Below are positions 19,165-28,948 of a DNA stretch of 64,000 bases, piece by piece. Both the position numbers and the translations under genes were made by a program. Origin of the DNA: a virus (taxonomy: Duplodnaviria > Heunggongvirae > Uroviricota > Caudoviricetes); IMG/VR virus record IMGVR_UViG_3300034107_000364. One strand, written 5' to 3'. Positions within the stretch are counted from its first letter, which is position 1. Each line of letters opens with the position of its first letter. The notes beneath the pieces are model-generated. The model had not been told where the DNA came from. It did not search any database and was given only the letters and a program-made list of their open reading frames with translations.

Positions 19165-20001
19165 ATGAATTTTAAAATATTTAAAAATAAAAAGACTAGT
19201 ACTAATGAAGATAAACTTTTATTGGCTCAACCAACTATGCTTTTTGGTAGTTTAGATCCTGAAGAGTATACTTTAGTCGCTACACATATAGTTAAAGATG
19301 ATGAGATAGTAAGACCTGATTTATTAGCTGTACAATATTATGGATCAGATGCTGGTCTAGATATTATTTTAAAATTTAATGGTATCTCAGATCCGTTTTC
19401 TATTATGCCAGGTGAGACTATATATGTGCCTTTAGATACTATTCCATATTATAAGTTAGATTCTCCTGGTATGTACGAAGAGAACCCAATTAAGCAACAA
19501 TTTATAGATACAAAAAGATTAAGTAAAACTGATCAACGAAGAATAGAAGCACTTAAGAAAAAATATAACAAAGAAACTTTATTGCCGCCTAATGTTATAC
19601 CTGTCGGTAAAAAGAATTACGAATTTGATGGAACCATGGTTAGATTAGGTATGCATGCGCAAACAGATCCTGTAGTTAATGCTATTTTATCTGATATAAA
19701 TGGTAATGATAGTGTTATTAAAACTAAAAATATAACACCAGAACTTATTATTGATACCGCTGATAATTCACAAGTAACTAATACGCCTATTAATGATGCA
19801 GTTTCATTTGAAGATGCATTGATTAAAAACTCAGGTGTTAAAGGCGCAGGAACTGGTAGTGGAGCCGGAGCTGGAGCTGGTAGTGGAACTGAAAAAACTG
19901 ACAAAGCAGATAATCTTGGAGGTGGTAAACCAGATGGAAGTGCACCTGCTAACAAAGACAATAATCCTACCAATAACCCAGATTCACCTTGCTCTAAATA
20001 A
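19165..20001 (+). CDS. baseplate wedge protein, gp53/LysM-like
   Basis: RPDLLAVQYYG..ILKFNGISDPFSIMPGETIYVP LysM-like signature; disordered C-tail. Confidence 0.7.
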   Translation: MNFKIFKNKKTSTNEDKLLLAQPTMLFGSLDPEEYTLVATHIVKDDEIVRPDLLAVQYYGSDAGLDIILKFNGISDPFSIMPGETIYVPLDTIPYYKLDSPGMYEENPIKQQFIDTKRLSKTDQRRIEALKKKYNKETLLPPNVIPVGKKNYEFDGTMVRLGMHAQTDPVVNAILSDINGNDSVIKTKNITPELIIDTADNSQVTNTPINDAVSFEDALIKNSGVKGAGTGSGAGAGAGSGTEKTDKADNLGGGKPDGSAPANKDNNPTNNPDSPCSK

Positions 20002-20006
20002 TAAAT

Positions 20007-22226
20007 ATGGAATTAGCAAATAATATATTAGCAGTAATTGAGCCTAAAATTAGGCCAACTGAAATAAAGATTGACGCTTTAGCTGAAGAAAAACCAGATG
20101 AAGCAAAGGCTAATCAGACTAGCGTGATTGCTACGCTGAAACCCATGGTGCTTATAAATGGATACCAGTTTTCTCCAAAAGATATTACTTTTTTTGAATT
20201 AGATTTATCTCAAATATTACCAACATGTAAATTAAGTCTTACTGACAGTGCTGGTAAATTTGCAGTTGGAAGTTATCCAAGAGATGGTGATTTCTTTACT
20301 ATATTAATTAACTCTAAAAATCAGGAAACGTTTAAGTCTATTCACATGGACTTTGATATAGCTAGTTGTGATGCACCAAAGGCAGGTAACACAGGATCTG
20401 CAACATTTAATATAGAAGGTTTTTGTAAAATTCCTAAAATTTATGGAGAAGACTGTAAGCACTTTGAAAATGGAACTTCGTTGGACCATATGAAATTAGT
20501 ATCTGCTGACCTAGAACTTGGATTAGCAACTAATATAGATGCAGCGGATGATTCTCAAGTTAGAATTATGGCATATGAACCTTATATGGATTTTATTAAA
20601 ACTATTGTAAAAGAAAGTTACGTAGGTGAGGAATCATTTCAAAAATTTTGGGTTGATCCTTATTATTATTTAAATTATGTCGATGTTAATGCATTATTTA
20701 ATTCTCCAAACCCTCCTATTTTGGAATTTGCAGAATCTTTAGCTTCAGCTGCGGAGTCTATGACACCTAGCGAAGAAGATAAAAAAAATGCTGACTTTGG
20801 TAATGATATTGAGGTACCTTTGTTATTAACTAATCATATTAAATTCATGGGAAATAATGCTTTTATTGAAGCACATGAACTAATTAATAATTCTGCTGAA
20901 ATTAGTGCTAAAGCTGGTTATGCAAGAGAAGTTACTATCTATGATAATAATGGCGATAAAAAGAAACAGGAATTTAGAATTGAACCATTAGGTGGTAAAG
21001 ATCTAAAAGAATTAGAAGAGCCATTAAGAGGTAATAGAAACGATAAAAGACACTTAGATCAAATTAAGTATAAGTATATTGGAAGACAAGAAGCTGGTGA
21101 CGATGGATTAGGAAACGTTCATCCTAATGCAGCATTTGCACAATTACACAATACTCAAAATGCAATGGAAGTTCAAAAGATGAAACTTAAAGTTACTTTA
21201 AATTCATTTAATCCTTCATTGTATAAGTATCAAAAGATTCCTGTATTAATGTACATTGTTAATAAAAAGGCTATTGAACAAAACGAAAGAATTAAAGGTG
21301 ATAAGAAAGAATTAGGTATGGATAAAGATGAACCTTTCAATTTAGGTGAAGATACCGAAAGCATTACACCAGGAAGAAGTCCTAGTAATGCATTAGATAC
21401 ATTTTTATCAGGATATTATATCATTGAAGATATTGTATATCGAACAAGTGATGGTGAAACTAAACAACATGTTACACTTCTTAGAAGAGAATGGCCTACT
21501 AGAACTGAGAATTTACTTAATCCTCCAGGTTTAGCTGAAGATGCTACTCCTGAAAAGAAAGCTGAGAATATTAAAGAGAATAGTCCACCACCAGCACCAC
21601 CAGAACCTACTCCTGCACCAACGCCTGAACCTACTCCGCCAGTTGAAGAGCCAGTATTTACGATAGATCCTGAACTAATTAAGAGAAGAAATGGTATTGG
21701 ATCATGGTTTGATTATACCGGCAAATTAAAATGGAATGCTGATGATATATCTCTGGTGACAGAAACTCCTAAAATTAAATTAACATTTAAGGGTGCATCT
21801 GGTCATGAAGTTCAAGCTACGGTAACTATGGAAGATAAATTTACGCCAGGTCCTGGTGGATATGGACAAATACCATATAATACAGAATTTACAGTAGCTA
21901 AAAATACATTTAAAGATAAAGAAGGAAAGTATACTATTGATATAGTATTGACATATAAAGATCAAACTGTAACTGAAACAGTTAATTGGGAATTTTATAA
22001 ATGGACTCCTGATAAAATCTATGACCAAGGTGCTATAAGAAGCGGTAAATTATTATATACATGGCAGACTATTTCTGCTAAAGAAGCTGGTAATTTCATA
22101 GGTCAGTATACGCTGAAAGGTGAAGCTACCAAAGATGGTAATGGACCTAGAAATGGTAAAATAGAAGGTACAGATATAAATGATGTTATAAAACGTACAG
22201 AAAATGCTGGACAATCAGAAGCTTAA
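20007..22226 (+). CDS. putative baseplate hub protein (gp27-like) with C-terminal extension
   Basis: position between gp53-like and gp5-like genes; LSGYYIIEDIVY..HVTLLRREW terminal motif, Pro-rich linker, ~190 aa extra domain. Confidence 0.55.
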   Translation: MELANNILAVIEPKIRPTEIKIDALAEEKPDEAKANQTSVIATLKPMVLINGYQFSPKDITFFELDLSQILPTCKLSLTDSAGKFAVGSYPRDGDFFTILINSKNQETFKSIHMDFDIASCDAPKAGNTGSATFNIEGFCKIPKIYGEDCKHFENGTSLDHMKLVSADLELGLATNIDAADDSQVRIMAYEPYMDFIKTIVKESYVGEESFQKFWVDPYYYLNYVDVNALFNSPNPPILEFAESLASAAESMTPSEEDKKNADFGNDIEVPLLLTNHIKFMGNNAFIEAHELINNSAEISAKAGYAREVTIYDNNGDKKKQEFRIEPLGGKDLKELEEPLRGNRNDKRHLDQIKYKYIGRQEAGDDGLGNVHPNAAFAQLHNTQNAMEVQKMKLKVTLNSFNPSLYKYQKIPVLMYIVNKKAIEQNERIKGDKKELGMDKDEPFNLGEDTESITPGRSPSNALDTFLSGYYIIEDIVYRTSDGETKQHVTLLRREWPTRTENLLNPPGLAEDATPEKKAENIKENSPPPAPPEPTPAPTPEPTPPVEEPVFTIDPELIKRRNGIGSWFDYTGKLKWNADDISLVTETPKIKLTFKGASGHEVQATVTMEDKFTPGPGGYGQIPYNTEFTVAKNTFKDKEGKYTIDIVLTYKDQTVTETVNWEFYKWTPDKIYDQGAIRSGKLLYTWQTISAKEAGNFIGQYTLKGEATKDGNGPRNGKIEGTDINDVIKRTENAGQSEA

Positions 22227-22237
22227 ATTAAAATAAA

Positions 22238-22245
22238 GATAAATA
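22238..22245 (+). promoter_or_regulatory. putative late promoter variant GATAAATA
   Basis: intergenic, 4 nt before ATG. Confidence 0.45.
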
Positions 22246-22249
22246 ATAT

Positions 22250-23680
22250 ATGTCAGACTTTAGCCACATTAATGAATTTAGAAAAGGTTCTATTTTAAGA
22301 AAGATCAGTGAAGATCCAACCTATCTTAGCTTCTTTTTTATGTTTGATACTGTCGATAGAGAACATTCGCCTCTATTTGCTGGACCAGCAGAAGAATATT
22401 TAGCTGATTTTGTCGATCATGATCACGGTACTAATTATGCGGCTAATTTAACAGCATTTAAAACAGTTTTACTTAAAATTAATAAAGATATGCCATGGTT
22501 TTGGCAAAAGGTAAGTGGACTAGAATTGACACAAACGTTTGCTAAGATGGAAGAACCTTGGAGAGGTGCTGAAGCTCCAAAAATAGACATCGAGTGTTTA
22601 GAAGAAAATATTGAGTTAACTGCAATTGGTTTGATGAGTTTATATAAACAAGCGGTTTATGATTATGAAAGATATGTTGAAATACTTCCTAAAAATATAA
22701 GACATTTTAGAGTATGGATTTTACTTTCAGAAGTTAGAACATTTCAACAAGATATAGGCGCAAGAGATCTAGATCTTTATGGAACGCCAATGCCAAAAGA
22801 TAATGCTAGTAAATCTATTAACATTATTCCTAGAGCAAAAGGAAGTGAGACTGCAGTTGGTAAAAACTCAGGTAAATTCGAGGCAGATGTAGTTAAACAT
22901 TATGCAGCTGATGCAAAACCCCATATAATGTTTGAATTAGGTTTTTGTGAATGGCAACAAGATTCGATCGCGGACATGTTCGCTGATGCTTCTAAAACAC
23001 CTGAATTGAAAAAACCTAAAATAAGTTTTTCATGGGCAACTTGTAGAATAAATGCTCAAAAATTTGGACCGAATATAACAAAACCTACTGATGAGAGTGC
23101 AATGAAAGATACTAAGCCGAAAGATGGTTTATATCCTAATACACCCTTTAATCCTTTAGCAATTGCACAAAACGCTATTAGTGATAAAGTAAATGGTATT
23201 GCTGGAGCTCTTGTAAATAGATTTAATAATTTAAAGAATGGTTTACCAGGTTTTGGTAAAAACCCAATGGGAGCTGTTTACCCAGAAAGATTAACAGGAG
23301 CTGCTGCTAGTTTAGCAAATGCTGGAATGGATAAATTAAAATCATTATTATTAGATAATGTACATGGTTTAGGAGGAGGTTTGGGTACTTTAGGTGATAT
23401 TGACTCTGCACTTTCTGCAGGTAGTATTAATGGTATAACAAACTTAATTGGTGGAATGATTAAAAAATCAGATAAAAAATCAACACCGGGTAGTATTTCA
23501 CCTAAACAAGTTTATGACGAAATAACAACAGACACTAGTCCTGATGGAAAACTAAACGAAAAGGTATATGATCCGATTGCTAAACCAAGCAAATCTATTA
23601 GGATCACACCTGGAAGAATACATCCTAAAGGTGTAGATAGTAGTCCAGATAATTCACTTAACGATAACATATATAAATAA
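22250..23680 (+). CDS. putative tail/baseplate structural protein
   Basis: 476 aa in baseplate module; tube-like N-terminal half, Gly-rich C-terminal half. Confidence 0.5.
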   Translation: MSDFSHINEFRKGSILRKISEDPTYLSFFFMFDTVDREHSPLFAGPAEEYLADFVDHDHGTNYAANLTAFKTVLLKINKDMPWFWQKVSGLELTQTFAKMEEPWRGAEAPKIDIECLEENIELTAIGLMSLYKQAVYDYERYVEILPKNIRHFRVWILLSEVRTFQQDIGARDLDLYGTPMPKDNASKSINIIPRAKGSETAVGKNSGKFEADVVKHYAADAKPHIMFELGFCEWQQDSIADMFADASKTPELKKPKISFSWATCRINAQKFGPNITKPTDESAMKDTKPKDGLYPNTPFNPLAIAQNAISDKVNGIAGALVNRFNNLKNGLPGFGKNPMGAVYPERLTGAAASLANAGMDKLKSLLLDNVHGLGGGLGTLGDIDSALSAGSINGITNLIGGMIKKSDKKSTPGSISPKQVYDEITTDTSPDGKLNEKVYDPIAKPSKSIRITPGRIHPKGVDSSPDNSLNDNIYK

Positions 23681-24393
23681 TGGCAGACGAACTTGTTCAA
23701 GATAATTTAAGAGACCAACATTGGTTAGGAGAAGTTGTTGTAAATGAAGATCCTTTACTTAATGGAAGATGTCGCGTTAAGGTATACGGGAAATTTGATA
23801 AACTTACAGATGATGCAATTCCATGGGCAACGCCTATGAATAGAGATGCAGTAGGTTCTCATAATGTACCAAGAGTTGGCGATATAGTTGCAGTTAGATT
23901 TGATAATGGTAACTTATATCATCCTGAATATTGGTTTCAAATAGATCAAAATAAAGATTTAAAATCGGATATATTAGAAGCTTCTGATGCACCTCACGAT
24001 GTTGTCAGTTTAGTATATGACTCAGTTCGTAATATTAGAATTTATCATTCACCCGAAGATGGTTTAGTTATCACTCGTGGAACTGGTGCAAAAGAAAGAC
24101 CTATGATTCAAATAGATGAAGAGGGATTTATTAAGATAAGCACAGACGCTAAGATATTCTTAGACTGTGGTGATATATTTGTCTCAAACACCGGTGAACC
24201 TGGTGCAGATGAGACAGAACCGGCAGTTAGAGGTCAATCTTTACAAGATTGGTTGCAAATGTTTTTAGATGATTATAACGCACATATTCATCCAACGGGA
24301 GTTGGTCCATCTGGACCTCCAATGCCACCTACACCAACTACTGTAGGTAAATTATCGAGTACTCACATTAAGTATCAACAAAAAGGTAAATAA
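23680..24393 (+). CDS. baseplate central spike, gp5/gpV-like (OB-fold, no lysozyme)
   Basis: WLGEVVVNEDPLLNGRCRVKVYG..IPWATP..VPRVGDIVAVRF; C-terminal HIH apex motif. Confidence 0.88.
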   Translation: MADELVQDNLRDQHWLGEVVVNEDPLLNGRCRVKVYGKFDKLTDDAIPWATPMNRDAVGSHNVPRVGDIVAVRFDNGNLYHPEYWFQIDQNKDLKSDILEASDAPHDVVSLVYDSVRNIRIYHSPEDGLVITRGTGAKERPMIQIDEEGFIKISTDAKIFLDCGDIFVSNTGEPGADETEPAVRGQSLQDWLQMFLDDYNAHIHPTGVGPSGPPMPPTPTTVGKLSSTHIKYQQKGK

Positions 24394-24395
24394 TT

Positions 24396-26228
24396 ATGCC
24401 AGCACTATGGCCATCTTTCATACCAGCACTAGCTGGTGATATAGCAGGACAATCGTTTACAAAAGCGGGCGGTGCTTTAGTGTCTTATGCTTTACCTAAA
24501 GTTGGTAAAGATCAAGTACCTATTTTTCCTCCGTCACCTGAGTTAATTGAATCTCTTAAACCGGGAAATCCACTAAATGCTGACTTAAGTATTAATCCAT
24601 TAGATTTAATTAATGCAATAAATTTAAATCCATTAAGTGGTAGATATGATTTTGGTGTAAGAGTAGCTGAACGATATATTGCAGCTGTTAAAGGTTTGGC
24701 TATGACACCATTTGGTGCAACGCATACTAATAATGGAGCTGCAGAATTTTTATTAAAACAGGGTTATGGTTTGGTATTCGAAAGAATATTAAAAGAGGGT
24801 GATATTCCATTACAAGATCAAAAAGATAAAGATGGGAAAATAATTAAGATGGGAAAGGAATCACATCCAGCATATGCTGATTTTTGTCCAGGACCTATCG
24901 CTATGCCAGATCCTGTCGAAGAAGAGAAAAAACAAAATAAGAAATTTAATAAATTTATTGAGAAGTTTAAAACAGATCCAGCAATGGACCTTAAACAATT
25001 TAAATTCTTTCAGTTTCATTGCTTAGATGGTAAAGAAACTCAAAGTGATTTTATACAACTTATAGTAAATAGATTACTACAGCAATTTGAAACCTATACA
25101 AAGACAGATGACATGTGGGATTATTTTTCATGGGTTGACAGTTTAGGTAAAGAGAGATATAAAAATATTACTGGTATTAATCTTGGTGGAAGCGATTTTA
25201 ATAGTTTAAAACCATATCCAAATATTCCAACCGGTGTTAGATCTTCTATAAATAAAGCTGGTTATAAATGGGAAGAAGTAGCCGATGGTGTTAGAAGTCT
25301 TTTTTTAAAAACATTAGAACCAGTATTTCCTGTATATGAAAAGATAGTTAGTAATACAAATACTAAAATTACTGATTGGGAAAAAAGAATTAAGAATGGT
25401 GCAAAAGCTCCTATTGTTAAACCTTGGCCATTTGATCCTGCTGAAAATGCAGAGTGTCCTTTAAATAGATATAAGATTCAAGTTTCTTTTAATAGAGAAC
25501 ATAATCCACCAGACAATCCTAGTAAAAGACCAGAAATTTTAACTGATCAATTCATTACTACGTTTTCATATGACAAATCAACTAAAAAATCATTTATAGA
25601 TTCTTTAAAAACTATTGAATGGTATGATAAAGATACTAATTATACAAACACACATTATAAGTTAGTTGAATATGATACATGGTGGATGAAAGTACCTGAT
25701 GCTATTAATACTGTTAGGCAACCTGAGGATATGGTTAAAATTGATCCAAAATTAGGTGGTACAAATTTTAAGTTTCAAAGACAAGAAGTAATAGATGCTA
25801 TTGCAGCAGCAAAAGAATGTGATGACGTTGAAGCAGATAGTGGTATAGATTATACTTGGCCAGGTGGAGATCCATACGAAGAAATGGCAGAGATAACTAT
25901 TGCATATTGGTATGCATGTATTGTAAAACCATTTGCACCAACACCAGCTGCTTTACCAGCTTTAATACCTGCACCATTAGGTGGAATTTACATACCAATT
26001 TATTATGGAGGTAAAAAGAGATTAGCTAATAATTTAAGAAAGGCTTGGAATAGTGGTAAAGCATTTGCAACTTTGCCAGTGCCTGCACCGCCAGCATTAG
26101 TAGTTGCTACAGCAGTAGCAGCAGCATATGCTTTGCATTTATTAGAATTTAAATTATTATACTTAGGTGGTATACCAACACCGGCAGGCCCAGTGCCAAT
26201 GGTGGGTATAGTTCCTGTAGTATTCTAA
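24396..26228 (+). CDS. hypothetical baseplate-associated protein
   Basis: 610 aa directly after the spike; Pro/hydrophobic termini, charged middle. Confidence 0.6.
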   Translation: MPALWPSFIPALAGDIAGQSFTKAGGALVSYALPKVGKDQVPIFPPSPELIESLKPGNPLNADLSINPLDLINAINLNPLSGRYDFGVRVAERYIAAVKGLAMTPFGATHTNNGAAEFLLKQGYGLVFERILKEGDIPLQDQKDKDGKIIKMGKESHPAYADFCPGPIAMPDPVEEEKKQNKKFNKFIEKFKTDPAMDLKQFKFFQFHCLDGKETQSDFIQLIVNRLLQQFETYTKTDDMWDYFSWVDSLGKERYKNITGINLGGSDFNSLKPYPNIPTGVRSSINKAGYKWEEVADGVRSLFLKTLEPVFPVYEKIVSNTNTKITDWEKRIKNGAKAPIVKPWPFDPAENAECPLNRYKIQVSFNREHNPPDNPSKRPEILTDQFITTFSYDKSTKKSFIDSLKTIEWYDKDTNYTNTHYKLVEYDTWWMKVPDAINTVRQPEDMVKIDPKLGGTNFKFQRQEVIDAIAAAKECDDVEADSGIDYTWPGGDPYEEMAEITIAYWYACIVKPFAPTPAALPALIPAPLGGIYIPIYYGGKKRLANNLRKAWNSGKAFATLPVPAPPALVVATAVAAAYALHLLEFKLLYLGGIPTPAGPVPMVGIVPVVF

Positions 26229-26238
26229 AAAATGATAG

Positions 26239-26246
26239 GATATATA
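26239..26246 (+). promoter_or_regulatory. putative late promoter GATATATA
   Basis: intergenic, upstream of the S1-like gene. Confidence 0.6.
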
Positions 26247-26274
26247 ATATGTTACACTTTTAATATAAAAATAA

Positions 26275-27582
26275 ATGAACACAGAAAAAAACAAAAGAGT
26301 TAGACTTGGTGAATCTAAAGCCAAAGAAAACACAAAAGAAGAGTCTGATTTGTCGCTAGACTTTCTTAAAAAAATGGCAGGAATTCCAACATCTAAAGAG
26401 GATTCTCTTGCTACATTTTACGACAAAGACGGAAATTTTATGTGGGATGCTTATGAAGCAGATTGCCCATCTAAACTTAGAAAACCAAATCCTCACATTA
26501 AAACTCAAAACGGAGACAAAGTTTATTCAAGAGAGTCATACGCACAAGAGATGTATGATAAACTTATATCATTCGATAGTTCTCAAGGTGTAATGGTATC
26601 TGACTTAACTGTTGGAGAAATTCTTAATGGTAAAATCTATGCAGTAAGTCATGATTTTATTAGTGTTGATGTTGGTTACAGAGAATTAGTATATGTCAAG
26701 TATGACAAGGAACCTTCTGAAATTCAATCATTAAAACCAGGTGATGAAACTGCTGTATTGATTACACAATTTGGAAATAATTCACATGTGTTAGGATCAA
26801 TTAATGGCGGTGTTAAACACAAAGTATTCATGGATCTTAGAGAAGCTGTTGAAACCGGTGGAACTGCATGGGTAGGTAAAGTTACAAATATGATTGAGAA
26901 TGGTGGTTACATGGTGACAGTTCAAGGAATTGAATGTTTTATGCCAGGATCACTCGCAGGTATTAATAAATTACACGATTTTAGTTCTATTATTGGAACA
27001 GAAATGTATGTTGTCCCTGTAAGTTTCTCACCAGAAAGAGGTACGCTAGTAGTTTCTCATAGAAAATATTTACAAGCTTTAATACCTCAAGAAATTGAAG
27101 ATTTAAGAGCAAATCAAGGTGCAACAATTACAGGTAATGTAACAGGTTCTGCTAAATATGGTGTGTTTGTTGAATTTAATGGATGTTTAACGGGTATGAT
27201 TCATAGTAATGACTTAGACGAAGAAACTACAGTTAAGTTTAAAGCTAGACAAATTTTACCAGGTGATGAAATTGAATTCATCGTTAAAGATATTATTAGT
27301 GATACTAAAATTACACTTACTCAAAAAGCAAATTCTGTATCCAATCCTTGGCATGATATTGCTTCAAGATACCAGATTCCTTCTGTGATTCAAGCAACTG
27401 TAAAAACTAAAAAAGATTACGGTTTGTTTATTACAATTGAAGAAGGTGTAACTGGACTGTTGCATGTTAGTGAAGTTGGAGAAGATATTATGGAGGTATT
27501 TAAAAACGGAGATCCAATCACCGTACAAATTACACGAATTGATGTTGATTCAATGAAAGTATTTTTGAAAATGCCTCAATAA
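26275..27582 (+). CDS. rpsA: ribosomal protein S1-like protein (four S1 domains)
   Basis: VGEILNGKI..ISVDVGY, GGYMVTVQGIECFMPGS..LVVSHRK, GNVTGSAKYGVFVEF..GMIHSND, YGLFITIEEGVTGLLHVSE..KVFL. Confidence 0.85.
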   Translation: MNTEKNKRVRLGESKAKENTKEESDLSLDFLKKMAGIPTSKEDSLATFYDKDGNFMWDAYEADCPSKLRKPNPHIKTQNGDKVYSRESYAQEMYDKLISFDSSQGVMVSDLTVGEILNGKIYAVSHDFISVDVGYRELVYVKYDKEPSEIQSLKPGDETAVLITQFGNNSHVLGSINGGVKHKVFMDLREAVETGGTAWVGKVTNMIENGGYMVTVQGIECFMPGSLAGINKLHDFSSIIGTEMYVVPVSFSPERGTLVVSHRKYLQALIPQEIEDLRANQGATITGNVTGSAKYGVFVEFNGCLTGMIHSNDLDEETTVKFKARQILPGDEIEFIVKDIISDTKITLTQKANSVSNPWHDIASRYQIPSVIQATVKTKKDYGLFITIEEGVTGLLHVSEVGEDIMEVFKNGDPITVQITRIDVDSMKVFLKMPQ

Positions 27583-27600
27583 CTATTGCACCGAGAGTGT

Positions 27601-27608
27601 GATATATA
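27601..27608 (+). promoter_or_regulatory. putative late promoter GATATATA
   Basis: intergenic, upstream of the amidoligase gene. Confidence 0.6.
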
Positions 27609-27636
27609 TTGAAACGATAAATATCATAATCTTAAT

Positions 27637-28944
27637 ATGCAAAAGCTAACTTACGATTCTCCTAGAGAATCAATATTGAACGCAGCACTTATGGGTGTTG
27701 AGTTTGAATTCTATTCTAATCTCGATCTAGAAGAAACCAGAAAATCTTTGGTTAAACTTCTAGATCGAAAAATTAGGTTAGAAGATAAGGCCCACTCTGA
27801 ATTTCAGCCTTCCGCTGAAGAATTCAAAATGGAACCTGATATGTCTGGTGGTAAAGGTTTAATTGAATTGGTTACTGGACCAATACCTTACAGAAATGCT
27901 AGAATTATGGTTATTAAGATGCTTAAATGGATATCGGAAAATGGATATACTACTGATAGAGCATCTATTCACATCAATTTATCGTTCGATAAACAATTTC
28001 TACAAGATAAAGATCTTCTTTCTAAGATGAATGTTCTTAAATTCATTTTAGAGTTTGATGAAAAACAGGTTTATAAGTTTTTCCCAAACAGAGAAAAATC
28101 TGCTTATGCTAAAAGTATTAAGTGGGTAATGCCAAAATGGGAAGCATTCCATTTTGATGCTAATCAAATTGCTTCAAATAATTTTAAATTTGCTGACACT
28201 AAATATTATGGAATTAACTTCTCTAAAAAAGAGAAAAACTATCTTGAATTTAGATATTTAGGTGGAGCAGATTATGAAAAGAAAGTAGATGATATTTTAT
28301 ATCTAACTGAAAGATTTTTAGCTCAAATGTGGAAGTCATGTAATGATGCTAGATTTACTCCTGAAAATAAAATAGAATTACAAAAAATCTTAAATAAGAA
28401 TAAGCCGGTTTCTGATATGCTTAAAGATTATACAAAAGTCGCAGAACATTGGCCTAAAATTAAGATCTTAGCAGATTTACAAGATACTCCTATTATTATA
28501 AAGGTGCATTGGGACAGATTTAAAATGAGAGTAATGGATTTGTTAGTAAATGGATCTATGACTGAGGGTACTATTAACTATGATTCAGATTACGGTGCAG
28601 TTCAAGTAAAGGATGGTAAATTCCCAACTGTTTATATGTTAGAGAATTTTGAATTTATTGATTGTGAACTTGCTGGTAATTTAACTAATTGTAGTTTTTA
28701 CAATTGTGAAGTTTCAGGTTCTGCTGTTATGTGGGGAAGTTTATATCAAGGTACTAAAATAAAAGACTCTAAGGTTGAGTCTAGTTATACACACGGAAGT
28801 TGTGAATTAACCAACTGTTATGTTGCTGGTAGAGATACTATGTTTAAAGGCAAAATGATAGGTGGAATATTTAGAGAAGGTTTCATAAGTGATTCGGCTA
28901 GATTCGAAGAAACGGAAGTAGTAGTAAGTAAAAAAATAAAATAA
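27637..28944 (+). CDS. putative amidoligase (COOH-NH2 ligase type 2) with C-terminal beta-helix
   Basis: GVEFEF, EPDMS..IELVT, SIHINLS, KYYGINF, YLEFRYLG; short repeated beta units at C-terminus. Confidence 0.75.
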   Translation: MQKLTYDSPRESILNAALMGVEFEFYSNLDLEETRKSLVKLLDRKIRLEDKAHSEFQPSAEEFKMEPDMSGGKGLIELVTGPIPYRNARIMVIKMLKWISENGYTTDRASIHINLSFDKQFLQDKDLLSKMNVLKFILEFDEKQVYKFFPNREKSAYAKSIKWVMPKWEAFHFDANQIASNNFKFADTKYYGINFSKKEKNYLEFRYLGGADYEKKVDDILYLTERFLAQMWKSCNDARFTPENKIELQKILNKNKPVSDMLKDYTKVAEHWPKIKILADLQDTPIIIKVHWDRFKMRVMDLLVNGSMTEGTINYDSDYGAVQVKDGKFPTVYMLENFEFIDCELAGNLTNCSFYNCEVSGSAVMWGSLYQGTKIKDSKVESSYTHGSCELTNCYVAGRDTMFKGKMIGGIFREGFISDSARFEETEVVVSKKIK

Positions 28945-28948
28945 TAAA

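Noticed and set aside
26275-27582. Host chromosomal contamination suggested by rpsA
   Set aside because: Four domains with an atypical N-terminus, same composition and promoter motif as neighbours, flanked by phage structural genes
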